Positions 17,668-26,032 of a stretch of 64,000 nt of DNA are shown in pieces. The position numbers and the translations under genes were made by a program. The DNA comes from Escherichia phage PHB12, in sequence record MK524178.1. One strand, written 5' to 3'. The stretch's first letter is position 1; the number at the start of each line of letters is the position of its first letter. A model generated the notes under the pieces. That model searched no databases. It had not been told where the DNA came from and saw only the letters and a list, made by a program, of their open reading frames with translations.

Positions 17668-18669
17668 TTATTTCAGAAGTGTAACTTCAGAGATTTCCTC
17701 CCAACCGTCTTTATCAGTTGAAATAAAATCTGCTACATAAAGAGCCGTACGTAATGATACATTGCGAAGACGAGATACGTTAGCCTTCATCCAGGACAAT
17801 GCTTTATACGTTTCTGCATCTGTCAGACCACGTTTCTGCATCATGTCAGTAGATAATATTACATCTTCAACTCGAACCATAATCTCTTCATTAGAGTGTA
17901 CTCCAAGGTCGAGATACACTGAACGAGATACTAAAGCTTGAAGGTGCGGGGCAAGCTTCGAACCGCGTTCTAACTCTTTATCGATATCAACGTTTGTAAT
18001 GAAAACGATAGTACCTTCAAACACAAATTCTTTATCAATACCCTTATCATCGAGATAAGACGACGCAGTGCTCCAGCAAACTTTGCGTTTATCTCCAGTA
18101 TCTAATGCTGCTTTAAGAAGGTTCAAGATGTCCATATCCGAGAATACGTCAACGTCGTCGATTAAGAGAACGCTGTCTGCATCACGGTTGAGCCAAAGTT
18201 GTTCGTAAAGGCCTATACCAGAGATTTTACCATTAATGCTTTTGTATTTGATGAAACCGTTATCATTAGCATTATTAAGCGCTTTATCCAGAGAATACGT
18301 CTTACCAATACCTGCTGCACCTGAAATAATGAGTGAACGAATTTTGCCATCGATAATGCCATTCGTCATCATGTTCATTACTTTAAAGCGTTTGTTGATA
18401 CGAGTTTTCATATCTTCACTGCTTTCAACAACTGCAACTGGTGATGTCTCAGCTCCTTCCATTACGATGTCTGATTTGAAGACCCATACTCCACGTTCAG
18501 AACCATCAATCATAACGAAAATTTTACCATCACCTAAGTGGGAACATTCAGGATTAAGCTTTGCCGGGAACCATGTCTTTGTGGCAACATAAGAACCAGA
18601 GATTTCGTTATTACGATAGATACCTTTTTTGATTTGAACGTTGAACATTTTATTCTCCAATTTACTCAT
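17668..18669 (-). CDS. P-loop NTPase (Walker A/B) of unknown function
   Basis: 333 aa; Walker A GAAGIGKT and Walker B VLLIDDVD; about 100 aa N-terminal extension. Confidence 0.5.
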   Translation of the reverse strand: MSKLENKMFNVQIKKGIYRNNEISGSYVATKTWFPAKLNPECSHLGDGKIFVMIDGSERGVWVFKSDIVMEGAETSPVAVVESSEDMKTRINKRFKVMNMMTNGIIDGKIRSLIISGAAGIGKTYSLDKALNNANDNGFIKYKSINGKISGIGLYEQLWLNRDADSVLLIDDVDVFSDMDILNLLKAALDTGDKRKVCWSTASSYLDDKGIDKEFVFEGTIVFITNVDIDKELERGSKLAPHLQALVSRSVYLDLGVHSNEEIMVRVEDVILSTDMMQKRGLTDAETYKALSWMKANVSRLRNVSLRTALYVADFISTDKDGWEEISEVTLLK

Positions 18670-18679
18670 TTCGTTTCGA

Positions 18680-18715
18680 TAGGTCTATAATAACATGTTT
18701 AAAGCAAAAGTAAAC
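18680..18715 (-). promoter_or_regulatory. early promoter (GTTTAC-17-TATTAT), half-cassette
   Basis: ATAGGTCTATAATAACAT motif without the second hairpin arm; GTTTAC at rc of 18710-18715. Confidence 0.45.
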
Positions 18716-18717
18716 AA

Positions 18718-18936
18718 TTATTTGCGACGAGATTTTTTGGTAAGAGGTTGAAAGAACACTGCTTTACCTGCAGGAGTCAAAGTAACTCGTAATGCATTAC
18801 CGATTCCCAAGGATGCTTTAACAAGACCTTTAGATTTCAGTTCACCGAATGCTTGACGTTGGTCTGCATCACGAGTGTTAACCATAAGACCTTTATCACC
18901 AGCTTCACGAATCATTTCTAACATTTTGGTTTTCAT
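18718..18936 (-). CDS. small hypothetical protein (possible winged-helix fold)
   Basis: Track ORF 18718..18996 trimmed to the ATG preceded by GAGGAG (MKTKMLEMIREAGDKGLMVNTRD...); 72 aa. Confidence 0.4.
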   Translation of the reverse strand: MKTKMLEMIREAGDKGLMVNTRDADQRQAFGELKSKGLVKASLGIGNALRVTLTPAGKAVFFQPLTKKSRRK

Positions 18937-18964
18937 TTTGTTCTCCTCTTGTTTTGATAGGTCT

Positions 18965-18993
18965 ATAATAACATATCCTAAAAGCATGTACAC
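18965..18993 (-). promoter_or_regulatory. early promoter (TGTACA-17-TATTAT) with ATAGGTCTATAATAACAT motif
   Basis: Same cassette sequence family as 17277 and 18680. Confidence 0.45.
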
Positions 18994-19021
18994 CACTTTT
19001 TAAAAATATTTTGACCCCCTA

Positions 19022-19039
19022 AAGGGCCCGAAGGCCCTT
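19022..19039 (-). terminator. hairpin terminator candidate (GGGCC-UUCG-GGCCC on minus transcript)
   Basis: Inverted repeat 19024-19037 directly after the stop of the nucleotidyltransferase gene; short U-run. Confidence 0.45.
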
Positions 19040-19040
19040 A

Positions 19041-20030
19041 TCATTTATAGTACGAATTGTGGTTTTCTAAGTAGACTTGCTCAAGGAAATCATCCCAGAA
19101 ACTCATATCTACTTTTTGTTGCATACCGTTCTTGGCAGCTTGTTCTGATGCTTGTTCAACTTTGTCAACGATATCTTCTAGGAATTCTTGTACAGTTTTA
19201 AACGTATGTTTACCAAGCTTAACATCTAGAATAAATGGAGCATCCCGAAGTGGGTAAACCAGGTCGCCGGTTTTATAAATTTCTAATAGTTGAAGTCCAC
19301 CACGACATGCATGACTCAATGCTTTCCAGTCAATACCTTCGTTAGCTTCTGCCTTACGAGCACGTTCGCCATAGTTCTCTTCCAGTTTAACCAGGATGGC
19401 ATTGAACTCTTTATTGGTTAATGTGTCTTGGAATTTACGGTCTAACAGATTATAGAACGTTTGCTTACCTGTTTTCTCGTTTTCGGTTTCAACCCACGAA
19501 GCAAATTCACCTACGGGCAGAACATTCTTCATATGTGATAAACGAATTACTGCACCATTATCAAAGTATTGTCCCCATTCGTTAGAACGTTTAAGGGCTT
19601 GTCGAAGAACAGCCAGTCGAGAACCCTTGACACCATATTTAGAAGCTTGCTTACGGACATACCCTAAATAAGATTTCATGTTAGTAGTATAGAAACGAGA
19701 CCTGTTGTCTTGAATATACTTCCACACGTCAGGCAAATCAGATTTAACTACTAGACTTTGCGGAGTGTGAAGCATATCTAATGCGACAGTTTCACCATCC
19801 ATAGCTAGTTTAAAGAAATATTTGAGACTATACAACTCGTGGTCCACGTCGTCTTTTGTGTTCTTAGAAGATGTGTTATTCGTGTTCTTGCTCATGTGTT
19901 CTTTAACGTTACCAGTCAAGATATCACGAGCATGAGGGACATAAATTTCTTTAAAATCGACGTCAGATTCAGGAGTAGACGTTCCATAAAGGTGACTACC
20001 AAAGTAGCCTTTCATAATTGTTTTCATCAT
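19041..20030 (-). CDS. predicted Pol-beta-superfamily nucleotidyltransferase
   Basis: 329 aa; N-terminal motif GYFGSHLYGTSTPESDVDF (hG[GS]-x9-SDxD); 4-nt overlap with the upstream membrane-protein gene. Confidence 0.5.
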   Translation of the reverse strand: MMKTIMKGYFGSHLYGTSTPESDVDFKEIYVPHARDILTGNVKEHMSKNTNNTSSKNTKDDVDHELYSLKYFFKLAMDGETVALDMLHTPQSLVVKSDLPDVWKYIQDNRSRFYTTNMKSYLGYVRKQASKYGVKGSRLAVLRQALKRSNEWGQYFDNGAVIRLSHMKNVLPVGEFASWVETENEKTGKQTFYNLLDRKFQDTLTNKEFNAILVKLEENYGERARKAEANEGIDWKALSHACRGGLQLLEIYKTGDLVYPLRDAPFILDVKLGKHTFKTVQEFLEDIVDKVEQASEQAAKNGMQQKVDMSFWDDFLEQVYLENHNSYYK

Positions 20031-20500
20031 TTAGCCTTATATTCAAGAGTAGGACAGACTTTTTCTTTACGAGCTTTAAGGTATTCACCTATTAATGATT
20101 TCTTACGTTCAATAGGCTCAAGTCCATTTTTAATTCGTTCTTGGTTTTTCGCAATGAGCTCGATTTCTTTATAATATTTTCTGTCGTTATATTTGTCTAA
20201 CAACCAAGACGGACCAATTATCAACCCGGCAGCAATAAAAGCCATGACTGCTACTATTAAAATGCCTACGCCAATTGAGGCTGGAACTAATGTCCATAGA
20301 CTGCTAAAAACAAAGAATTTAGTTAAAATTTCCTGGCCAATGATTACGACTGCTGCTAAAATCGCAAATCCGATAATTGAAACAGACAATACCGGGATTA
20401 ACGTTTTCCAAAAATAAGCACACAACGTTTTCGGGCGATTCCATGTACTATTGAACGCGGCATAAATTTTAAAGTGCCAAGAGTTTTCATTGATAATCAT
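20027..20500 (-). CDS. membrane protein (2-3 transmembrane segments) coupled to nucleotidyltransferase
   Basis: 157 aa; hydrophobic segments LIPVLSVSIIGFAILAAVVIIG and VPASIGVGILIVAVMAFIAAGLIIG; charged C-terminal tail. Confidence 0.45.
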   Translation of the reverse strand: MIINENSWHFKIYAAFNSTWNRPKTLCAYFWKTLIPVLSVSIIGFAILAAVVIIGQEILTKFFVFSSLWTLVPASIGVGILIVAVMAFIAAGLIIGPSWLLDKYNDRKYYKEIELIAKNQERIKNGLEPIERKKSLIGEYLKARKEKVCPTLEYKAK

Positions 20501-20509
20501 AATAATTCC

Positions 20510-21040
20510 TTATTTCAAAGTCGGGATAATAGAATCAAGATAAGCTTTAAGAGCAACTGCTTCATCTTTGTCTAATGTAATGATATGTTGACGAAGGTCA
20601 TCAATTTGACGAATAACTACGACATCACCATCTTCATAAGAAGGATTAACGCCTAAGACCGTTGTAGAGTCAGAGTTGGCCGGATTTGTAATAAAAGCAT
20701 TACGGCATTTAGCCCATTGAAGTTTGGCCTTTTTGGCTGTTTCAGATTCCACGAATTCTTTCACCTTAGTGACGAATGTTTTCCAATTATTAATAGAAAA
20801 ACATTCGTCTTCAGTTTCGATATTAACCCCACTATAAAGTCCATGATAAAAACGAACTTGAAGGTCTTCGTCAATGTTAATTACAGATGCATGGCCCGGT
20901 GGATTGAGTTTCAAAATCTTGTCCAGTTCCATAGGAAGAATAGTAACCGCATCATCTTCTTGTGTCAGAACGTAAGCACAACCACGTTTTTCTATACATA
21001 AATCACCAAACAACTCAGTCGTTTCAATTACCGTTTTCAT
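20510..21040 (-). CDS. hypothetical protein
   Basis: Track ORF begins at a TTG; ATG at 21038-21040 (MKTVIETTELFG...) taken as start; about 176 aa. Confidence 0.45.
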   Translation of the reverse strand: MKTVIETTELFGDLCIEKRGCAYVLTQEDDAVTILPMELDKILKLNPPGHASVINIDEDLQVRFYHGLYSGVNIETEDECFSINNWKTFVTKVKEFVESETAKKAKLQWAKCRNAFITNPANSDSTTVLGVNPSYEDGDVVVIRQIDDLRQHIITLDKDEAVALKAYLDSIIPTLK

Positions 21041-21041
21041 A

Positions 21042-21221
21042 TTATTCACCAATTAAAGTTTCAACAAAATTCACTAAATCATTCTGACAAGCATCAACCT
21101 GATTTTCATAAAAATCTCCGTTATCATTTACCGCGTGATAAGCTACATCATTCAAATCTGAATCGGCTTCACGTAAGTCACGGATAAGGTCCATCAATTT
21201 ATTAGCTTGTTCACGGGTCAT
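21042..21221 (-). CDS. small hypothetical protein (59 aa)
   Basis: ATG at 21219-21221 (MTREQANKLMDLIRDLREADSDLND...); stop abuts the start of the downstream gene; below ORF-track cutoff. Confidence 0.3.
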   Translation of the reverse strand: MTREQANKLMDLIRDLREADSDLNDVAYHAVNDNGDFYENQVDACQNDLVNFVETLIGE

Positions 21222-21347
21222 TTTACCATACTCGTTTCAATAAGATTCACTATGCCGTTTACCATGTTATAAGTAAACATCGGATAATTGTATTGTACTA
21301 CAACATAAGCGATAAGCAAAAGTTTCATTTTGTTCTCCATTTGTTTT

Positions 21348-21386
21348 GGTAGGATTACTATATCATAGTCCTACCAAGACGTAAAC
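21348..21386 (-). promoter_or_regulatory. promoter-early stem-loop cassette
   Basis: GGTAGGATTACTATATCATAGTCCTACC inverted repeat with GTTTAC at rc of 21381-21386. Confidence 0.5.
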
Positions 21387-21619
21387 TACCGATTGTGTTT
21401 TAAATGTTGATAAAGCTCTTCAACTTGTTTAGGGTCCAAAACAATTAAGTCATTTTCTTGGCGAAGATAAATCCATCCCTTATCCCCAGGACCATTTTTA
21501 CAAAACATCACCACCGTATCATCATCTTCAGCGCTTTCAGGTAAAAGTTCAAGTACACCGTCTTCAGATTTTCCAGTATAATCGTAAAGCATAATGACCT
21601 CACATAATCTCGTTAACAT
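21386..21619 (-). CDS. hypothetical protein
   Basis: 77 aa acidic ORF. Confidence 0.4.
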   Translation of the reverse strand: MLTRLCEVIMLYDYTGKSEDGVLELLPESAEDDDTVVMFCKNGPGDKGWIYLRQENDLIVLDPKQVEELYQHLKHNR

Positions 21620-21779
21620 ACATTTGCAATTCGGTGTGGGCAGATGCCATCTTTTTCATTGCCTTATTGATATCGATATCACCGTCTTCACACCCGTGGG
21701 CATTTTCCCAATCGGATACAGCGTTAGCGTACTCTTCAATCAAAAACATTAACTTAGAAATTTTTTCTTTACGTGACAT
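21600..21779 (-). CDS. hypothetical protein
   Basis: Track ORF 21600..21818 trimmed to ATG 21777-21779 (MSRKEKISKLMF...) preceded by GAGGAG. Confidence 0.4.
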   Translation of the reverse strand: MSRKEKISKLMFLIEEYANAVSDWENAHGCEDGDIDINKAMKKMASAHTELQMYVNEIM

Positions 21780-21806
21780 AACGTTCTCCTCTAGTAAGTA
21801 AGGTCT

Positions 21807-21835
21807 ACTATAACACAACCTGAGGAGAAGTAAAC
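21807..21835 (-). promoter_or_regulatory. early promoter GTTTAC-17-TATAGT
   Basis: Minus strand GTTTACTTCTCCTCAGGTTGTGTTATAGT; shares the ACTATAACA core with the other cassettes. Confidence 0.55.
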
Positions 21836-21844
21836 TGCTAAATG

Positions 21845-21874
21845 CAAAAAAAGCCCCAACCTTTCGGAAGGGGC
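21845..21874 (-). terminator. rho-independent terminator (GCCCC...GGGGC stem, GAAA-type loop, U7)
   Basis: GCCCCAACCTTTCGGAAGGGGC at 21853-21874 preceded on plus strand by A7; same stem sequence recurs at 22476 and 37655. Confidence 0.7.
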
Positions 21875-21879
21875 TTTGA

Positions 21880-22437
21880 TTAGTTTTTGTAATATCGTAA
21901 AGGGTTGATATGGAATGAAAGCATTGCGCGTGGAATAGGACGACTCAAAAGACTCTTAAGTTTCCAACCACAATAAACACGCAGATAAAATGTAATACCA
22001 CCAACCTTAAGATAAGGTATAGCAGCGAATAATCCCCATGCAGACTCGTTCCAAACTAAAAGATATCCATGATGTGCCGGATCAGGAGATCCAGATTTAG
22101 TTTCGGCGTTGCCTTTATAGTGCCATTCTGATGAAGCTTCGCGACCTAAAACATGATACGAAAAATTATATGCTTTGTTGCGCCATAGCCAAGCTACGCG
22201 TTGAGCATATTTACCTATAACAGGAATTTTACGTATTTTAGACCAACGTTCAACATGGCCGCGGTCACCATCGATAGGATTATCGTAAGTCATCATCCAG
22301 TCAAAGCCATAAGGTAGTTTACCGGTTTTTTCACTATGGAATGGAACTACAAATGGTGCTAGAATAATTGCTAAAATCGCTGCGATCCAATCTATAGGAA
22401 CAAGAACAACCCAACTTATATATTTTAAAAATTTCAT
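21880..22437 (-). CDS. membrane protein, apparently late-expressed
   Basis: 185 aa; N-terminal hydrophobic region (YISWVVLVPIDWIAAILAIILAPFVVPF); late-promoter match directly upstream. Confidence 0.45.
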   Translation of the reverse strand: MKFLKYISWVVLVPIDWIAAILAIILAPFVVPFHSEKTGKLPYGFDWMMTYDNPIDGDRGHVERWSKIRKIPVIGKYAQRVAWLWRNKAYNFSYHVLGREASSEWHYKGNAETKSGSPDPAHHGYLLVWNESAWGLFAAIPYLKVGGITFYLRVYCGWKLKSLLSRPIPRAMLSFHINPLRYYKN

Positions 22438-22461
22438 ATATCCTCTCTTAGTTTACAAGGA

Positions 22462-22469
22462 TATTTATA
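22462..22469 (-). promoter_or_regulatory. T4-type late promoter TATAAATA (minus strand)
   Basis: Plus-strand TATTTATA at 22462-22469, exact reverse complement of the late consensus, about 25 nt upstream of the 21880..22437 start. Confidence 0.55.
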
Positions 22470-22470
22470 C

Positions 22471-22497
22471 AAAAAGCCCCAACCTTTCGGAAGGGGC
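22471..22497 (-). terminator. rho-independent terminator after rI (same GCCCCAACCTTTCGGAAGGGGC hairpin)
   Basis: Hairpin 22476-22497 preceded by A5 on plus strand (U5 on minus transcript). Confidence 0.65.
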
Positions 22498-22504
22498 AGG
22501 TAAA

Positions 22505-22807
22505 TTAGATAGATGTAGGCTCTAATTTTATTTTCATGAACTCGGCAAATTGTCTGGCAGTTTTTATGCCTTGTTCATGACATTCAAATGCATCATCACA
22601 GGGGCTATTTTTGTAATGCTTTACCATATACTTATAGAATTTTTCAGAATTCTCGACATTTTGAATTTCAAACAAAGTATATACGTTTTTAATCCCTGAT
22701 TCCATAAAGTTATCAAAATATGGGTCGGTATACGCAGTGCCAACGATAGGAGTTGTTGCTGCAAAAAACCCCAGCATCGCCACAATGGCTATCGCTCTTA
22801 AGGCCAT
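22505..22807 (-). CDS. rI: lysis inhibition regulator rI
   Basis: 100 aa; MALRAIAIVAMLGFFAATTPIVG... signal-anchor plus DPYFDNFMESGI and CxxxxxC pattern resembling T4 rI as recalled; lies upstream of tk as in T4. Confidence 0.65.
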   Translation of the reverse strand: MALRAIAIVAMLGFFAATTPIVGTAYTDPYFDNFMESGIKNVYTLFEIQNVENSEKFYKYMVKHYKNSPCDDAFECHEQGIKTARQFAEFMKIKLEPTSI

Positions 22808-22819
22808 ATAGGCCTCCTG

Positions 22820-23032
22820 TTAATTTTGGCCAGTATTTATTTTTCGCCTTTGGACGGCCTTAACATCTGCGAGGTATTTTTCCAGCTTACGCTTACGAGT
22901 ATAATCTGCTTTAGAACCGGTTTGACGGATATCCTCATTTAAATGAGAAATAGAATGTCCTAATTCTCTTCGGATTTCATCCAATTGGGTTACAGTAAGA
23001 TTACGAAGTTGTCTTTCGTTTAATTGCTGCAT
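22820..23032 (-). CDS. hypothetical protein
   Basis: 70 aa charged ORF. Confidence 0.4.
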   Translation of the reverse strand: MQQLNERQLRNLTVTQLDEIRRELGHSISHLNEDIRQTGSKADYTRKRKLEKYLADVKAVQRRKINTGQN

Positions 23033-23056
23033 ATATACCTCTTGGTTAGATATTAG

Positions 23057-23064
23057 TATTTATA
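23057..23064 (-). promoter_or_regulatory. T4-type late promoter TATAAATA (minus strand)
   Basis: Plus-strand TATTTATA at 23057-23064, overlapping the 3' end of tk. Confidence 0.4.
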
Positions 23065-23641
23065 ACAACCCTGTCAAATCATTCCAATGCTTCCGGCATA
23101 ATGACACATATCTATCGGTGTCACCAATTTCAATTTGACTGCCATCTGTAATTGGAAGTCCGTCTTCAGTGACTCTAGCTACCATTGTGGCCTTTTTACC
23201 ACAATGACAGACACCTTTAAGTTCAACAAGCTTATCGGCAATAGCCATTAATGCTTGAGAACCTTCAAATAGATTACCTTTAAAATCTGTTCGTAGTCCA
23301 TATGCCATTACCGGCACATTGTATACGTCAACAATACGACTAAGTTGATACACCTTTTCAGTAGTTAAGAACTGAGCTTCGTCAACAAATACACAATGAA
23401 TATCCTTTTGTGCTGCAGCCCATTTATAGAATTCAAAGATATCCATGTCTTTTGTAATTATATTGGCGTCCTGACGAATACCAATACGAGAGACTATTTC
23501 ACCTTTTGAATCGCGAGTATCAATAGCCGGTTTAAGAACTAATACACCCATGCCACGTTCTTTATAGTTATGTGCGGCAGTAAGTAATGAAGCAGACTTA
23601 CCAGCGTTCATAGCGGCATATGTAAAAATTAAACTAGCCAT
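23060..23641 (-). CDS. tk: thymidine kinase
   Basis: 193 aa; P-loop YAAMNAGKS and C-terminal zinc-ribbon cysteines; same length as T4 Tk. Confidence 0.9.
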   Translation of the reverse strand: MASLIFTYAAMNAGKSASLLTAAHNYKERGMGVLVLKPAIDTRDSKGEIVSRIGIRQDANIITKDMDIFEFYKWAAAQKDIHCVFVDEAQFLTTEKVYQLSRIVDVYNVPVMAYGLRTDFKGNLFEGSQALMAIADKLVELKGVCHCGKKATMVARVTEDGLPITDGSQIEIGDTDRYVSLCRKHWNDLTGLL

Positions 23642-23831
23642 AAGAGTCCTTAGTTAAATTTTCTAAATATGTTTCTAAATCATTTTCAGCTTTATCGATA
23701 GATTTTACTAATTCGTAGTATGTTTCAGCATCTCCATAATCCGAAGCCAATTCAAAAGATAAATCTCGTTCTAAACCAATAATTTCGCTGATTAAAAATC
23801 GTATTTCATTCTTTTGTTCGCGAGTAATCAT
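23634..23831 (-). CDS. hypothetical protein
   Basis: 65 aa acidic ORF upstream of tk; overlapping stop/start. Confidence 0.4.
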   Translation of the reverse strand: MITREQKNEIRFLISEIIGLERDLSFELASDYGDAETYYELVKSIDKAENDLETYLENLTKDSYG

Positions 23832-24019
23832 AAGGAATTTATATAATCAATAAGTTCTTGTTCTTTATCGTCGAAATCTTTACACAGTTCTTCATATTCA
23901 TCGGTATTAAAAGGACCGCATTCATCACAAACTTTTTCCAATTCATTGTTTTTATCCATAACTTCATGAATAAGAGAAAACAGTCTGTCTTTTTGTTCTT
24001 TGCTTAAACTCATAACCAT
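23828..24019 (-). CDS. hypothetical protein
   Basis: 63 aa acidic ORF. Confidence 0.4.
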   Translation of the reverse strand: MVMSLSKEQKDRLFSLIHEVMDKNNELEKVCDECGPFNTDEYEELCKDFDDKEQELIDYINSL

Positions 24020-24237
24020 GTCACCTTTAAGCAGTATTCTTCTACATGTTGTTTACGACCTTTCTTATCAATAAAGGTATATTCAACGAATGTTCCAATG
24101 TAGTCTTTATCTACATCATGTGGACTATTAATTGGGCATTTAGTACGACAAATGCGTTCCCATTGACGAATAATTACTGCCTTATTCTTTGGGTCGTATG
24201 GATGTGGATAATGTATATTCATAATAATGGTTCCCAA
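24010..24237 (-). CDS. hypothetical protein
   Basis: 75 aa ORF. Confidence 0.4.
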   Translation of the reverse strand: MGTIIMNIHYPHPYDPKNKAVIIRQWERICRTKCPINSPHDVDKDYIGTFVEYTFIDKKGRKQHVEEYCLKVTWL

Positions 24238-24716
24238 TCAACAATCACAATTTCTAGTTTAGTGGAATACGTATCTAAAATCTCTTCGATGACAACCCAG
24301 TTTCCACCACCGATACCTGCACCAATTCTTGGCATATAAATTACAGGCTTTGTTATCTTATTCTTTCCGAATTCATTTAATTCTATTATACAATTCATTA
24401 AAGCAAAGTACTCAAAATTAGGTCCCGGCTCAAACTGTGTATAAAGATTAAAGCAATAAGCTTTATGGGTCTTAAAATATTTTTCATAAACCGAATAAGT
24501 CCCGAGTTTAGACTCGTCTCCGAATTCGGTTTGAAGTTTATCGGCTTCTAAAATTTTTGGATAAGCCTTTGCTAATTGTCCTGCCACACCAGCGCCCATT
24601 GTATGAAAACAATTACACCCATGAGCAATATTATTACCTTTAGAAAACAGGGCGACAATATCGCCCTTGATATAGTTTTTAATCACTTGCTGCAAGTCCT
24701 CTAGTATAAGAGTCAA
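24219..24716 (-). CDS. macro-domain protein (predicted ADP-ribose binding/hydrolase)
   Basis: 165 aa; glycine-rich loops GAGVAGQLAKAYP and GAGIGGGNW typical of macro domains. Confidence 0.6.
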   Translation of the reverse strand: MTLILEDLQQVIKNYIKGDIVALFSKGNNIAHGCNCFHTMGAGVAGQLAKAYPKILEADKLQTEFGDESKLGTYSVYEKYFKTHKAYCFNLYTQFEPGPNFEYFALMNCIIELNEFGKNKITKPVIYMPRIGAGIGGGNWVVIEEILDTYSTKLEIVIVDWEPLL

Positions 24717-25026
24717 CTAGACGGTCCACCATAGAATTGCATGCTGCCTTATCTTTAGGTTCCGCCACCGAGCATTCTAATATTTGCCATTTTTTATGAT
24801 ATCGTTTAATTAAGGTAGACGCCTTGAACCTACTAGACGCCCCATCTTTTTCTCCGTCTTTATATGCGTATAACAATTTTTGTGAAAAATCTACTTTACA
24901 CTCTTGACTTTTACCACAATAATCAGATGCCGTTCTGTTTGTATACTCCGTTACATCAGTATATGTAGTATTAGCAAGAGCGTTAAATGAAACCAAGCCA
25001 ACTATTAAAGCCAACATTTTGGTCAT
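24679..25026 (-). CDS. secreted/periplasmic protein
   Basis: 115 aa; N-terminal signal peptide MTKMLALIVGLVSFNALA; four cysteines. Confidence 0.4.
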   Translation of the reverse strand: MTKMLALIVGLVSFNALANTTYTDVTEYTNRTASDYCGKSQECKVDFSQKLLYAYKDGEKDGASSRFKASTLIKRYHKKWQILECSVAEPKDKAACNSMVDRLVDSYTRGLAASD

Positions 25027-25565
25027 TCTTTTATTTCCAGTAGTTTATTTGATTTAAGGTAATTAGCCTTTTCTAGGACTTCAGAAGCATATTTACTTCC
25101 AGCACTTGTCTTCCATCCCGCATTATATGAGGATATAGCTTTTCTTATATCCCCGTTATGTATATTTAACCAATAAGAAAATTCGATATAAGCCCATCTG
25201 GCTGAATTAGACCGCTTAGATAGCATTTTCTTAATTTGGGCATCAGTCATATTATAACCAAGCTGGTTAATTCTTGCCCTCATTGTCGGTAGATAATTTT
25301 GGAACATTCCATACGCATGGTGACCTTTCTTATCTTTAAGATTAATACCGGCAGATGATTCCTGCCATAGTATTGCGGCCATTATGTATCCAAGTCCTTT
25401 CTTATGCATATTTTCATGCGTTTTAAATTTTCCATCCTTAGAAAACTGTTCCCCAAACTGATAAGCATAATTCAAGTTATCGAGTTGGACATTACTAAAA
25501 GTATGCTCGGAGCTATGTGCTGATAACGAAAGAGCAAATAGACCAGCGAGTAGTGCTTTTCTCAT
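25023..25565 (-). CDS. soluble lytic transglycosylase-like protein (SLT domain) with signal peptide
   Basis: 180 aa; signal peptide MRKALLAGLFALSLSA; catalytic-region signature ...AAILWQESSAG...GMFQ...; T4 carries a comparable gene between tk and regB. Confidence 0.65.
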   Translation of the reverse strand: MRKALLAGLFALSLSAHSSEHTFSNVQLDNLNYAYQFGEQFSKDGKFKTHENMHKKGLGYIMAAILWQESSAGINLKDKKGHHAYGMFQNYLPTMRARINQLGYNMTDAQIKKMLSKRSNSARWAYIEFSYWLNIHNGDIRKAISSYNAGWKTSAGSKYASEVLEKANYLKSNKLLEIKE

Positions 25566-25573
25566 GTTTACCT

Positions 25574-26032
25574 CTAGATTTTAATCACTGCTTTAGAAGC
25601 TTTTCCTGGTAGTCGTTTATTGTTAATAATAGCCATTCTGCATTGAAGAGTCTTCATTTTGAATGCTGGATTTTCACGACAAACTGTAAGTCCTAACCAA
25701 AGATTTCCATCAGTTATTTCTAAACGGCCTGGGCGATATTCGACACCTTCGACAAAATCTTCATCAACATCTGGACGGGCCGGCATTGATAAAAATTCTG
25801 CAACTTCTTTAACATGATTTTTTACTTTACGAAATAATTCAAAAACGTAGTTCTCATCTATTTCTCTCTGGATGGCACGATCTAAGAGATGTTGAGAATA
25901 CTTGATATGAAAGCCTGGTAGTCCAAGAGACTTTGCAGCATCTTTTATACCGGCATTTATTTTGCGGAACTCCGTTTCAAAGATTCGACGGAGTTTATTA
26001 CGGCGGATAAAAACGTCTGAATTGATAGTCAT
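25574..26032 (-). CDS. regB: RegB site-specific endoribonuclease
   Basis: 152 aa; MTINSDVFIRRNKLRRIFETEFRKIN...KYSQHLLDRAIQREIDE... matches T4 RegB as recalled. Confidence 0.85.
   Translation of the reverse strand: MTINSDVFIRRNKLRRIFETEFRKINAGIKDAAKSLGLPGFHIKYSQHLLDRAIQREIDENYVFELFRKVKNHVKEVAEFLSMPARPDVDEDFVEGVEYRPGRLEITDGNLWLGLTVCRENPAFKMKTLQCRMAIINNKRLPGKASKAVIKI

Noticed and set aside
21222-21345. Possible small hydrophobic ORF in the leader upstream of the 59-aa gene
   Set aside because: Careful translation hits a stop after 19 codons; the region is better read as untranslated leader downstream of the promoter cassette.
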